From a virus (lineage: Duplodnaviria; Heunggongvirae; Uroviricota; Caudoviricetes), in IMG/VR virus record IMGVR_UViG_3300047323_000678: a stretch of DNA of 64,000 bases; one strand, 5' to 3'. The notes under the pieces are model-generated. The model ran no database searches. It was not told the DNA's origin and was given only the letters and a program-made list of their open reading frames with translations. The translations under genes were made by a program, and so were the position numbers. Shown one piece after another: positions 27,456-37,213 of the stretch. Position 1 is the first letter of the stretch; each line of letters starts with the position of its first letter.

Positions 27456-28442
27456 ATGAAGAATATAGTGGGGGTTTTAACATGTTTGGCAATCTCAAGC
27501 AGTGGTATCGCATTTGCTCAAAATTTCCACAAGCAGTTAGATGTGCCTTTAGTTGCAAATAATAAAAATAATATTGTAAAAGGTATGGAAAACCGTAATT
27601 TTGGAAGATTTATTGGAGAGTCTCAAAATCTAAAGATAGAAGTAAATAAAATTAATCGACAGTATATAGAATATAGTGCACCAGATATAAATGAAGTTAA
27701 AGATTATAAAAATAAAGATTTAATGGTTGTTTTACATGGTGAAAAAAGTAGTGCTGAAAAAATGAAGAACCAAACTATTTTTGCAGATTTAGCAAAGGGT
27801 AATAATTTAGTACTAGTTTTTCCAGAAAGCTTAGAACATCTTTGGAATGATGGAAGAGCAGGATATAATTCTGAAAGCGATGTTTTATTTATAAAGATTA
27901 TTGTAGAAAAATATAAAAAGCTTGGCGTAAAAAGAGTAATGGTAACTGGTTTTTCAAGTGGAGCAATTTTAAGCTTACGCTTAGCTTGTGAAAACATACC
28001 TTCAATTACTTATTTTGGTGCAGTGGCTGGCTCTCTTTCTGCAAACATGGATTGCAAATACAGTGCAGGAAAGAATATTTTAATAATGAATGGAACAGAT
28101 GATAATTTTATCTTATGGGAAGGTGGAATTATTGCCAACAATGAAAAAGTAGCAGGTAGTGGTCGTTTATTGCCAGTAGAAGAAACAGTTGATATATTTT
28201 CTAAAAATAATAATTGTATTGCAAATAAATCTCAAACCATTGATATAAATTTTAACGATAGGTCATCTGTAGAAAAATATAATTATCAATGCAAAAAAGG
28301 AAGTGTTTTATTCTATAAAGTAGAGGGTGGCGGTCATACAATGCCAGGAGGAAGAGATAGAGCTACTTTGAGCAATATGATAGGAAATACTAATAGAGAT
28401 ATTTCTGCTGAAAGAGAACTAGTTGATTTTTTGAAAAAGTGA
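27456..28442 (+). CDS. Secreted alpha/beta hydrolase, PHB depolymerase/LpqP-like esterase
   Basis: VVLHG, WNDGR, GFSSG nucleophile elbow, GTDD, GGGHTMPGG. Confidence 0.8.
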   Translation: MKNIVGVLTCLAISSSGIAFAQNFHKQLDVPLVANNKNNIVKGMENRNFGRFIGESQNLKIEVNKINRQYIEYSAPDINEVKDYKNKDLMVVLHGEKSSAEKMKNQTIFADLAKGNNLVLVFPESLEHLWNDGRAGYNSESDVLFIKIIVEKYKKLGVKRVMVTGFSSGAILSLRLACENIPSITYFGAVAGSLSANMDCKYSAGKNILIMNGTDDNFILWEGGIIANNEKVAGSGRLLPVEETVDIFSKNNNCIANKSQTIDINFNDRSSVEKYNYQCKKGSVLFYKVEGGGHTMPGGRDRATLSNMIGNTNRDISAERELVDFLKK

Positions 28443-28451
28443 GAATAACAA

Positions 28452-28694
28452 ATGATTGACCCATTTATAGCATTATCAATATTTTTAGTAACTGGTTTAA
28501 TGGATGCATTGCATGCTGTTTATACTAAAGCAATTGGAGATAATAAGCCAGCAATGGCAGCTACCTCTGGCTCGGTAATATATTTAATAAGTGCTTATGC
28601 TGTTATTCAATACACTCAGAATTGGTGGTATCTTTTATTTATGGTGGCAGGATCTTGGGTTGGCACTTACTTAACAGTTAAGTATAAAAAATGA
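28452..28694 (+). CDS. Small 3-TM membrane protein
   Basis: 80 aa hydrophobic ORF. Confidence 0.65.
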   Translation: MIDPFIALSIFLVTGLMDALHAVYTKAIGDNKPAMAATSGSVIYLISAYAVIQYTQNWWYLLFMVAGSWVGTYLTVKYKK

Positions 28695-28696
28695 AA

Positions 28697-29227
28697 TTAG
28701 TCCTCACTCTTTTTTTCGAGTGAGACTTTATTTTTTTGTTCTTTTGCAGCCTTTTTCTCCATTTTTTTCTGGACACGCTTAGTATATTTTTCGTCACTAG
28801 CTTTTCTTTTATTTTTTGAACCACAATCGGGAATATCACAACATTCAGCAAAATCACATAAATCGCTTGGAGAATCGCAAGGACTATCACAACTTGGCAA
28901 ATCACAATGTGGAACATCACAACCACCACAATCTACAAAACCACCTTGTGAGCCAAATTTTGGATGAACAATTCTTTTATTTACAGGCTTCTGTATAAAA
29001 TCTTTTTTTAGTTCTTCGCTAGAACATTTGCATTCTTCAAACCGTCTTTGTAAAAGTGAATAACCAGTTTTAAATCCAAAACGAGAAATTACTTTTTTCC
29101 CATATCCAGAACAACCAATTTCACCAGTAGCAACTCTATAAGCACAATTGAAACCTTTATATGGACTAATGTATTTTTGGTAAAAATTAATTAGGAAAAG
29201 GGAAAGATTTTTCATTATATTTGCCAT
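28697..29227 (-). CDS. YidD-like membrane protein insertion efficiency factor with a Cys/Asp-rich tail
   Basis: INFYQKYISPYKGFNCAYRV...CSGYG...RFG; CD repeats. Confidence 0.8.
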   Translation of the reverse strand: MANIMKNLSLFLINFYQKYISPYKGFNCAYRVATGEIGCSGYGKKVISRFGFKTGYSLLQRRFEECKCSSEELKKDFIQKPVNKRIVHPKFGSQGGFVDCGGCDVPHCDLPSCDSPCDSPSDLCDFAECCDIPDCGSKNKRKASDEKYTKRVQKKMEKKAAKEQKNKVSLEKKSED

Positions 29228-29286
29228 TAATGGATTTTATCTTAGAATATTATTACAATATTCTTATTATTACCAGAAATTTTTTT

Positions 29287-29679
29287 ATGAATATAATTTT
29301 TAATGAGCAACCTAATATATCTTATTTTTTCAGCTTAGATGATCTTCAAGAGGAGTTAGAACAAGGTTATGCAATGCCTATTGAGTCATCAGGTAAAAAA
29401 TCTGTATTAGTTTTTCAAAATGTTGATGATCATCGTGATGGAAATGGCTTGGCTGTTTTATGGTTGATAAAAGGCAAAGGAAGGTTTTATTTGGATAGCG
29501 AACCTATTGAAATGAAAGTTGGAGATGTTTTAATATTTAATGACAAAATCGAACATGGTTTCGAATCCGACGAAGTTTGTGTAGCAATAAATGTTCTTTT
29601 AGAAAAAGAGTATAACTTAGATGAAGTTAAAGCATTAATCAAAGAATTAAATAAACCACAAAGAAAAATTAAGCCTTAA
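29287..29679 (+). CDS. Cupin-fold protein
   Basis: DHRD...LWLIKGKGRF...VGDVLIFNDKIEHGF. Confidence 0.7.
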   Translation: MNIIFNEQPNISYFFSLDDLQEELEQGYAMPIESSGKKSVLVFQNVDDHRDGNGLAVLWLIKGKGRFYLDSEPIEMKVGDVLIFNDKIEHGFESDEVCVAINVLLEKEYNLDEVKALIKELNKPQRKIKP

Positions 29680-32306
29680 TTAGTTTTTAGCTTATTCTCA
29701 TCAGATAATATAGGATATGCTAAAGTTCCATTAACTTTATATCTATATTTAACAACTTCAGGAAGTGGAATAACTTTTTCTAAAATAGTGCCTCCAAGTA
29801 AAAATAAAGGATTAATTACAGAAGCTGCTGTAACAGCAGTAAAGACAACACTATTCGTTAATTTAGGAGTAACTGTTAAGCCTAAATTTAATTTTTGCTC
29901 TTTAATATCAATATATCCAGTTAAATCAACATCTGAAATTTTTGATTTAATATCTAGTTTTCCAATATTTAGGTTTCCTTTATTCAAATATAAATTACCA
30001 TTAATTTTGTCATAATTTAAATTATTATTAAATACATTACCAAATTGAAGTGAAGCTATATTAGGTATTGTTTGAAAACTTAAAAGATTAAGCAAAAAAC
30101 CACCATTAGAATCCATTTTTGTAAACTCACCATTTTCACTATTTAAATCAATTTTACCTTCACTATGATCAATAATTGAATTAACATTAAAATCTTTGAT
30201 ATCTATATTAATAGTTCCAGATGCTTTTAGATCAGCATTTCTAATCGTATCTTCTAAATGGTATCTTTCATTAAATTTTTGTAAATCATCAATTTTTAAT
30301 GAAAAATTATTGTCAATTTTAGATTTTTCGCTATCTAACTGACTATTTATTTTTAATTCCGTTGAATCATTAACTAAGACAGTTTCAATATGGTAGTTAT
30401 TTTCATCTTTTTTAATAGACTGTAGATTAATTGTGCCTACATCTATACCATCAATATTAATATCATGTGCAAATAATTCCAATCTTTTCGGTAACATTAT
30501 TTTTTGATTGTTTTCAGTATTATTACTGCAAAAAGAAATATTATTTTTAGAATTATCTTTAAAACTAAAATTAGCTTTTTGTATATTTAACTTTAAAGAG
30601 TCAAGATTGGTATCATAATTAAGAGAACCTGATAAATTAGGTATTTCAACATTACTAGAAATAATATTGTTTTTATAGTTACCATTTAAATGAAGTGAAG
30701 AAATAAAATATTCATCTTTCTGAATTTTATCAGCTTGAATATTAAATGAATCCACAGCATTATTTGAAAATGCTATTTGTCCTTTAACATTGGAGGCTAC
30801 ATAATTAGAATTTGAATAACTAAAAGAAATATCGTTGCCTGCTACATCAACTAAACCATTATAAGTATAAATATTATTTTTATGATCAAGTTTAAGATCA
30901 AGCTGTACTAAGTTTTGATCATTTAATAAATCAATATTGAAAGGAACATAGTACTGCTTCTTAATATGTGAAAAAATAGGTTTGTCAGTATTTAACTTAA
31001 TATTTAAATCAAAGTTATGGTTTTCTAAATCATAGTTAAAAATACCAGTTTGCAGTTTCTGATTTAATTGTAGAGTATTAAGAGAAAGTTTAGAATTTTC
31101 TAAAGTTCCTTTAGCCTCCATTAAAACATCATCAACTTTAAGTGATGCATCTCCAACAACCTTATAACTTATGTGCCATTTATTCTGACTATCTGCTTTA
31201 AACACAACATTAAAAAATCCGTTTTTAATAATAGTTTGATTATATGGTTTAGGAATATCCAAGACACCTAAACGATTAAAATAATCCAAATCAACAATAT
31301 TAAAATTAACTTTTATTTCTTTTTCTTTAGTATTTTCAATAAATTTATTAGAGAATATACCATGATAATTTAATTGTTTTGATTGTATTGAAACATGCTT
31401 TATGTTTTTGAAGTTAGAATCGGCATTAATTGAAATTGTCTTAATATTAAAAGGAACATTATTCACTTTAATATTATTAGTAAATTCTAGATTGAGTTTT
31501 TTATTTGAAAAATCATTCTTAACTTTAAGATTGTTTACTTTTATAGGCTTATTAAATAGATTAATTTTAAGATTATTAATTTCGCTTAAACCAGATAGTT
31601 CAACTTTATTATCATTAATTTTAATTCTTTCATTAACTTGAATTTCACCATCATCCAAAATAAAATAGGGATTATCAAATAATTGATTGAATTGTTTTAA
31701 TTCAATTTTATTTGAAGTGGTCAATATATCAGCATTAATTTTATTTAACTTTAATGCTTTATAAAGATTAATAGTTCCTTTAGAGTGAAGTTGATTATCT
31801 TTATAATTCGCAATTGTATTAAAATATAAATATTCATCTATTTTTTCAAAAATAGTTTTATCAATAGTAAGGAAATCAGAGTAAGTAATTTTATCAATCT
31901 GAAGAGTTCTCATTCCTTTAATGTAATTTAAATAAATAGAATAATCTTCATTATTTTTTTCCTCAAAAATTAATTCTTTATTAGGTAAAATGTTTAAACT
32001 ATCTATGTGAACACTTCTTACTAATTTATTAGGATTGAAGCCAAATAGGAAAGATTTACTTGGAACTACCTCAATATTATTGATATGTATAGAGCCATTT
32101 TTGTTTGTATATGTAGCTTCAGATAAAGTCAAATTTGTGAAAGATAAATGGATTTTACCTAATTTAATATGCTGTTTAGTTTTTTTCTCAATAAAAGATT
32201 CTATTTTTTCTTTATTTTTATTAATAGAATAATTCACCAAATCATACATATAGACTGGTACTGAAAAAACACACAGTAATGTCAAAGTGTATAATCTAGT
32301 TTTCAT
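29676..32306 (-). CDS. AsmA-like/YhdP-family envelope bridge protein (divergent)
   Basis: N-terminal anchor; beta-rich body; C-terminal LLNLLSFQTIP...YDKING...GYIDI...VTPKL...INP...YKVNGTLAYP. Confidence 0.75.
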   Translation of the reverse strand: MKTRLYTLTLLCVFSVPVYMYDLVNYSINKNKEKIESFIEKKTKQHIKLGKIHLSFTNLTLSEATYTNKNGSIHINNIEVVPSKSFLFGFNPNKLVRSVHIDSLNILPNKELIFEEKNNEDYSIYLNYIKGMRTLQIDKITYSDFLTIDKTIFEKIDEYLYFNTIANYKDNQLHSKGTINLYKALKLNKINADILTTSNKIELKQFNQLFDNPYFILDDGEIQVNERIKINDNKVELSGLSEINNLKINLFNKPIKVNNLKVKNDFSNKKLNLEFTNNIKVNNVPFNIKTISINADSNFKNIKHVSIQSKQLNYHGIFSNKFIENTKEKEIKVNFNIVDLDYFNRLGVLDIPKPYNQTIIKNGFFNVVFKADSQNKWHISYKVVGDASLKVDDVLMEAKGTLENSKLSLNTLQLNQKLQTGIFNYDLENHNFDLNIKLNTDKPIFSHIKKQYYVPFNIDLLNDQNLVQLDLKLDHKNNIYTYNGLVDVAGNDISFSYSNSNYVASNVKGQIAFSNNAVDSFNIQADKIQKDEYFISSLHLNGNYKNNIISSNVEIPNLSGSLNYDTNLDSLKLNIQKANFSFKDNSKNNISFCSNNTENNQKIMLPKRLELFAHDINIDGIDVGTINLQSIKKDENNYHIETVLVNDSTELKINSQLDSEKSKIDNNFSLKIDDLQKFNERYHLEDTIRNADLKASGTINIDIKDFNVNSIIDHSEGKIDLNSENGEFTKMDSNGGFLLNLLSFQTIPNIASLQFGNVFNNNLNYDKINGNLYLNKGNLNIGKLDIKSKISDVDLTGYIDIKEQKLNLGLTVTPKLTNSVVFTAVTAASVINPLFLLGGTILEKVIPLPEVVKYRYKVNGTLAYPILSDENKLKTN

Positions 32307-32420
32307 GAAGATCCTTTAATTTAAAGCCGAATCATCATTATAAGAAAATAAATTTGAAATAGTCAATTTCTAGTTTTTTAAATAATTTTTGTTATGATAA
32401 TAGTATTGGAGATAAAAATT

Positions 32421-33518
32421 ATGGCTTTTGCACCGACTTATTCACCTACAAATAATTTAAAAAGAATAAAATCAAGTGGTGAATTACTAGAAAAAATAGA
32501 TGAAATGAGAGATATAGATATAACATCTTTAGTTGGATCTATAGATGATGCCCCAATAAGAAAAGAAATTGCTGTTATTATGGGACAAGCTGAAAATAAA
32601 GCAGTATATTTAAATCAACAATTATTAAATGATATAGATAAAGAATTTTATAATAATATACAGCTTTATGGATTTATGGTTAACAATAAAATAGAAAAAA
32701 ATTACTTTCCATTTTATGATTGGCTCAAATACATGAAAGAAGTAGAGGAGGAAAGCAATTTAAAATTAAATATGAAGTATCAAAATGTATTTGATATGAT
32801 TTTAGATATTTCAGAAACAGATGTAAGTTTAGCCAAAGGTAATCTAGCTTATTACTTATCAAAATTACCAGGAAAAATTAAAAACTATAATACTTTTTTT
32901 CCTGAATTGGAAAAATTTATTAAAGAGAATTTTACTCAAGCAAGCTTTCTTGATATGTTATGTGGAGAAGATACTTATAATGTGCATAAAGGTTTAGTTG
33001 GTAATCATGTTCCTTTATCAGATAAATCAGAATTGATATATGCATATGCAGTTTCAATTCCGAATAGTAGTTGGGCATTTAAAAATAAAGATTTTGATGG
33101 TGGGTTAAAAATAAGTTTTTCAACTTCTGACTATAACGAAATTTATGAAGAGTTTGCAAAAACAGAAGTTTGGAAAAGAATTAATGTTTCTCATGAATCT
33201 AGAAAAAAATTTGTGCAAGAAATTTTTAATGCAGATTTAAAAGAAAACCCTTTCTATGAAGAATACCAACCAGTAACTGGATTCTTAGGTATTCGTGAAA
33301 TTAAATGGGATAATTTAAAAGCCTTTGTTAATCACCTTGGAAAAGATGATGTAGAGTTGGCTGAATTTATGATGGATGGAATTTTAAATAAAGTATTTGG
33401 AGATAAAAAAGAAAACTTTGCATCTCAAGCCTTACAAATTATCAATCTAGCTCTAGAAAAAGAATTGCAAAAAGATTTACCAGTAGCAGAATTAAAAGAA
33501 AAAAAGATGAAAATATGA
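32421..33518 (+). CDS. Hypothetical protein with the C-terminal basic tag
   Basis: Ends LEKELQKDLPVAELKEKKMKI. Confidence 0.75.
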   Translation: MAFAPTYSPTNNLKRIKSSGELLEKIDEMRDIDITSLVGSIDDAPIRKEIAVIMGQAENKAVYLNQQLLNDIDKEFYNNIQLYGFMVNNKIEKNYFPFYDWLKYMKEVEEESNLKLNMKYQNVFDMILDISETDVSLAKGNLAYYLSKLPGKIKNYNTFFPELEKFIKENFTQASFLDMLCGEDTYNVHKGLVGNHVPLSDKSELIYAYAVSIPNSSWAFKNKDFDGGLKISFSTSDYNEIYEEFAKTEVWKRINVSHESRKKFVQEIFNADLKENPFYEEYQPVTGFLGIREIKWDNLKAFVNHLGKDDVELAEFMMDGILNKVFGDKKENFASQALQIINLALEKELQKDLPVAELKEKKMKI

Positions 33519-34690
33519 AAAATGAAATTAATTTAATAGATGTTAATTTATATAAGCAAAATCCAAAAATGTTGGAAGATGCAAGTTATTTAAGAAACAA
33601 CTTAAAAGAATTACATGAAAGCGGATTAAGGTTTATGGATTTTCCGGAAAGTGTGAGAAGAAATCCTATTTTTGTAACTGAATATTTTTCAAAAATTGAA
33701 GCCACCAAAAAAGAATATAAATATATTCCTGAAGAATTATTAAAAGATCAATTTTTTATTAGTGCATGTTTAATATTAAATCCTGACATTTATTTACTAG
33801 CAGATGTTAGCTGCCATACAGATTTTGCATTCAAAACACTTAAAAAATATCAAACTGAAAAATATCTAAAATATGCTAGTGATTCTAACTTAAAAGATAA
33901 AGAATTTTGTAAAGAAGCATTAGGTGCAAATGTTGAGAATTTTCAATATATGCCAAAAGAATTTAGAGAAGATAAAGAACTAATTCTAAATAATTTATCA
34001 GAAAAATTTTATTATTCTAATAAATATGAACGCGCAGAACAAATAGTGAAATATATTCCTGAGCATGTTTTTGAAGACAGAAAATTTGTAATAGATATGT
34101 TAGATAAAAATATGGAAGTATTTAAGTTTTTGCCAACTAAATATAAATCAGATTCAACTATTGCATATAATGTAATATGTAATGATTCATCCTTTTTTAG
34201 TTATGCTGATATAACATTAAAACAAAACAAAGAATTTGTTTTTAAATTACTTGAATATGGTGAGCAAGCAAATAACAGATATTGGGCAAATAATAGAAAA
34301 TTTTATAATACTCATATAATTGAAGAATTAGATGAAACTTATTTTACAAGAGAATTTTGTGAAAAATATAGTTTATCTATAAGAAAAACTTATGAAAAAA
34401 TGAATAAAAAAGTAAGAGGAAATTTAGAAATTGTAAGAGCAGTATATTTATTTAATCTAGAAAATACAATTGATGGTGAATATTATCAAGCAAAATTTAT
34501 AAATAAAATACCTAATGAACTTTTAGTTAGAGAAATAAAAGATTTTGTAGCAGCATCTAATTACAAAGATTTATATCAAGAAGTTGGACATACAAGATTA
34601 GTTAAATTAATTGAGACTTTTCAATTAAGAAAAGATTTAAATTCAGAGTTATCATCAAATACTCCAACTAGTAAAAAATTGAAATTATAA
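33515..34690 (+). CDS. DUF4116-like repeat protein with the C-terminal basic tag
   Basis: DKEFCKEAL...FQYMPKEFREDKELIL type repeats; ends SKKLKL. Confidence 0.75.
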   Translation: MKNEINLIDVNLYKQNPKMLEDASYLRNNLKELHESGLRFMDFPESVRRNPIFVTEYFSKIEATKKEYKYIPEELLKDQFFISACLILNPDIYLLADVSCHTDFAFKTLKKYQTEKYLKYASDSNLKDKEFCKEALGANVENFQYMPKEFREDKELILNNLSEKFYYSNKYERAEQIVKYIPEHVFEDRKFVIDMLDKNMEVFKFLPTKYKSDSTIAYNVICNDSSFFSYADITLKQNKEFVFKLLEYGEQANNRYWANNRKFYNTHIIEELDETYFTREFCEKYSLSIRKTYEKMNKKVRGNLEIVRAVYLFNLENTIDGEYYQAKFINKIPNELLVREIKDFVAASNYKDLYQEVGHTRLVKLIETFQLRKDLNSELSSNTPTSKKLKL

Positions 34691-34764
34691 ACAATTAGGG
34701 CAGTTTAATAGTAAAAAATAGAATCCCTTGTTAGGAGATTCTATTTTAAGTTAGTTAAATGGTT

Positions 34765-35385
34765 TTAATTTGGTATTGAAACAGCACCACTACGGGCTGC
34801 ATAAAAAATCATAGCTTCCATAGCACGAATTTGTGTAACAGGATAGCCAAACCAAGCTTTTGCCCACTCTTGTGCGGATTCTTTAAGTTCAATTGATACT
34901 GCATCTAATCCAGTTTTGTATTCAAAATAACGCTGTTGAGCGATATGTGGATAAGCCATTCTTGAAGTCGTATTGGGCCAACACCATGATTCAGTATTTG
35001 AATCAGCAATCGGATAAATTTCAGGCTTGTAAAAATGGAGAAATTTTGATCCAGCTACCAAGGAATTACTTACAATTTGACAAGCAACAGGCACCAACTC
35101 AACAGGATTTGCTTGTTCATTTAATAAGTTAGGCAAAGATTCCAAAAGATTTGTTCTGAAACTACGAATAGGACTGCGCATCCATGAATAAACCGCACCT
35201 ATTCCATTAACTACAGCCTCAAGATCCCAAGATTTTTCACGGCTATGGCGTTCAAATGTAGCCAAGAAAAATGGATAACTATATGTATAAAAGTCATTGG
35301 ATTTGCTTTTGGGAAGAGGAGTATTGCGAATAAGTTGCTCAACAGAGGAGGTAATTTGAGAAGAATGTAAAAGATTTAGTGACAT
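34765..35385 (-). CDS. Hypothetical protein (SKFLHF..P...PI.DS family), higher GC
   Basis: SLVAGSKFLHFYKPEIYPIADS; SD AGGAG before ATG at 35385. Confidence 0.7.
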   Translation of the reverse strand: MSLNLLHSSQITSSVEQLIRNTPLPKSKSNDFYTYSYPFFLATFERHSREKSWDLEAVVNGIGAVYSWMRSPIRSFRTNLLESLPNLLNEQANPVELVPVACQIVSNSLVAGSKFLHFYKPEIYPIADSNTESWCWPNTTSRMAYPHIAQQRYFEYKTGLDAVSIELKESAQEWAKAWFGYPVTQIRAMEAMIFYAARSGAVSIPN

Positions 35386-35681
35386 AAGAACTCCTGGCAA
35401 AAAAAATTAAATGTAAATTGGTCGCCAGTGCGCCTTCCTTTCGTCAGAATTTTATTCTTTCATAGTTATGTTAACCTGTCAATAGTAGATTAATGTTTAT
35501 ATATTGCTTTAAAAAAATAATTAATCAACATTATTTTAAAATTAAAACTGTTGTTAATTAATTGTATAATTTTAATTTATATATGTATTTTCATTATAAT
35601 TTGGCTCAAATAGTTGCTATTGCAGAAAAAAAATATATATTAGATAGTAAATGTTCTGTCTAAATAATCTATGAGTATAAT

Positions 35682-36011
35682 ATGAAATATAATTTTAAAT
35701 TAATAGCATTAATTCTTTTATTAAATAATCAAATAGTATCTGCTCAAGAACAAGTAATTGATACTAAAAAAGATAAAATGAGAAAAGTAGTGCAATTAGA
35801 TTTAGATAAGGACTCAAAAATAAGTAAGGAAGAGTTTATTTTAGCTGCAAATGCTGAATTTGATAAATTAGACTTAAACAAAGATGGAGTTCTTACTAGA
35901 AACGAATTAAGGGAATTTAAATCTTTGAAAGATGAAATTAAAAACTTTAATGAGAACAGTGAAAAGCATTTAAAGCATCTCAAAAAAAAGAATAAAGTTG
36001 ATATGCAATAG
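35682..36011 (+). CDS. Secreted EF-hand protein
   Basis: DLDKDSKISKEE and DLNKDGVLTRNE loops; signal peptide. Confidence 0.85.
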   Translation: MKYNFKLIALILLLNNQIVSAQEQVIDTKKDKMRKVVQLDLDKDSKISKEEFILAANAEFDKLDLNKDGVLTRNELREFKSLKDEIKNFNENSEKHLKHLKKKNKVDMQ

Positions 36012-36046
36012 TGTATATCAATATATTTTATTAGGTGAGTGAACAA

Positions 36047-37000
36047 ATGAAAAATAATAATAATATATTACATGGCTTTTTACTAGCCATCAGTTTAGGA
36101 GTTAGCTGTCAAGCTAATGCTCAAAATCAATCTGGAAATAATACAAATAATTGTTTAGAGCAAACAAAAGGAAAAGGTGATTCAACTTGTTTATCTGGAT
36201 TGACATATACCTCATCAACACCTCCCACAAAAAATTTTCAAGCAAGCTCAATTAAACCTTTTAGCAAACAAGGATTATCATGCACCACGCCCTGGGGACA
36301 AATAATTCAAGATAATACTGAAATAGCTGCTTATAAAACTCCAACTGGAACATATAATTATGTAACAGGAGCATATGCTGCCGATTGTATGGAAGAGCAG
36401 CGTCATTGTACAAACGGAGTTTTAAGTGGAACTTATCAATATAAGACTTGCACAATTACACCTGTAGATGCAACCTGTGGCGTAGCAAATGGAGCTTACT
36501 ATACTTATCCAACAAGTGGACCATCTTCAACTGATGAATGTAATCCATCTTATACATATGGTGGGGTCGCTCCAGTTGATGAATCACCACCATCTGTTCC
36601 TGCTACATCTGGAGCATATTTAAATACTACTACTAATATTTATACTTGGACTTGTTCAGGTGAAGCAGGAGGTAGCTCTGCAAGTTGTTTTGCTTATAGA
36701 AGAATTAATGCTCAATGTGGTAGCTCGATAAACTCTTGTAATTTAGGAAATCTAGGAAGTAGTTCTTCATATGATGTTTATTATTCATATAGTTGTAACT
36801 GTACATCTTCATGGACTAAAGCAGGAAATCCATCAATACCCTATAGTGCAACAGATCCAAACAATAGCACTTATTCTAGTAATGGATATACACTTACTAG
36901 TTCTTGCTCAACATGTTCTGCATATGATTATACCGTTTATAACTGGACATGTAACGGAATAAATGGTGGAACAAATTCAAATTGCTCAGTAAATCAATAA
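36047..37000 (+). CDS. Secreted Cys/Thr/Ser-rich putative adhesin, copy 1 (no tandem repeats)
   Basis: Signal peptide; CTTPWG...RHCTNGVLSG domain shared with copies 2 and 3. Confidence 0.75.
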   Translation: MKNNNNILHGFLLAISLGVSCQANAQNQSGNNTNNCLEQTKGKGDSTCLSGLTYTSSTPPTKNFQASSIKPFSKQGLSCTTPWGQIIQDNTEIAAYKTPTGTYNYVTGAYAADCMEEQRHCTNGVLSGTYQYKTCTITPVDATCGVANGAYYTYPTSGPSSTDECNPSYTYGGVAPVDESPPSVPATSGAYLNTTTNIYTWTCSGEAGGSSASCFAYRRINAQCGSSINSCNLGNLGSSSSYDVYYSYSCNCTSSWTKAGNPSIPYSATDPNNSTYSSNGYTLTSSCSTCSAYDYTVYNWTCNGINGGTNSNCSVNQ

Positions 37001-37213
37001 AAATTAATTAATATTCAGTATTATTGTAAGGCAGATTTTTAAGGGTCTGCCTTTTGATTATTAAAATCAAAAAGAGAATAAATAAATATATATAAACTAA
37101 AATAGTTTATTAATTTAATTCGAGTATAGTTATATTATTAGCCAAATATTTGACTCAAGTAATAATAATTATTATATTTAATATGCTCAACTAGAATAAG
37201 GTAAGAGGTAGTA

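Noticed and set aside
35430-35450. Hammerhead-like CUGACGA on the minus strand
   Set aside because: No stem II followed by GAAA and no closing stems found
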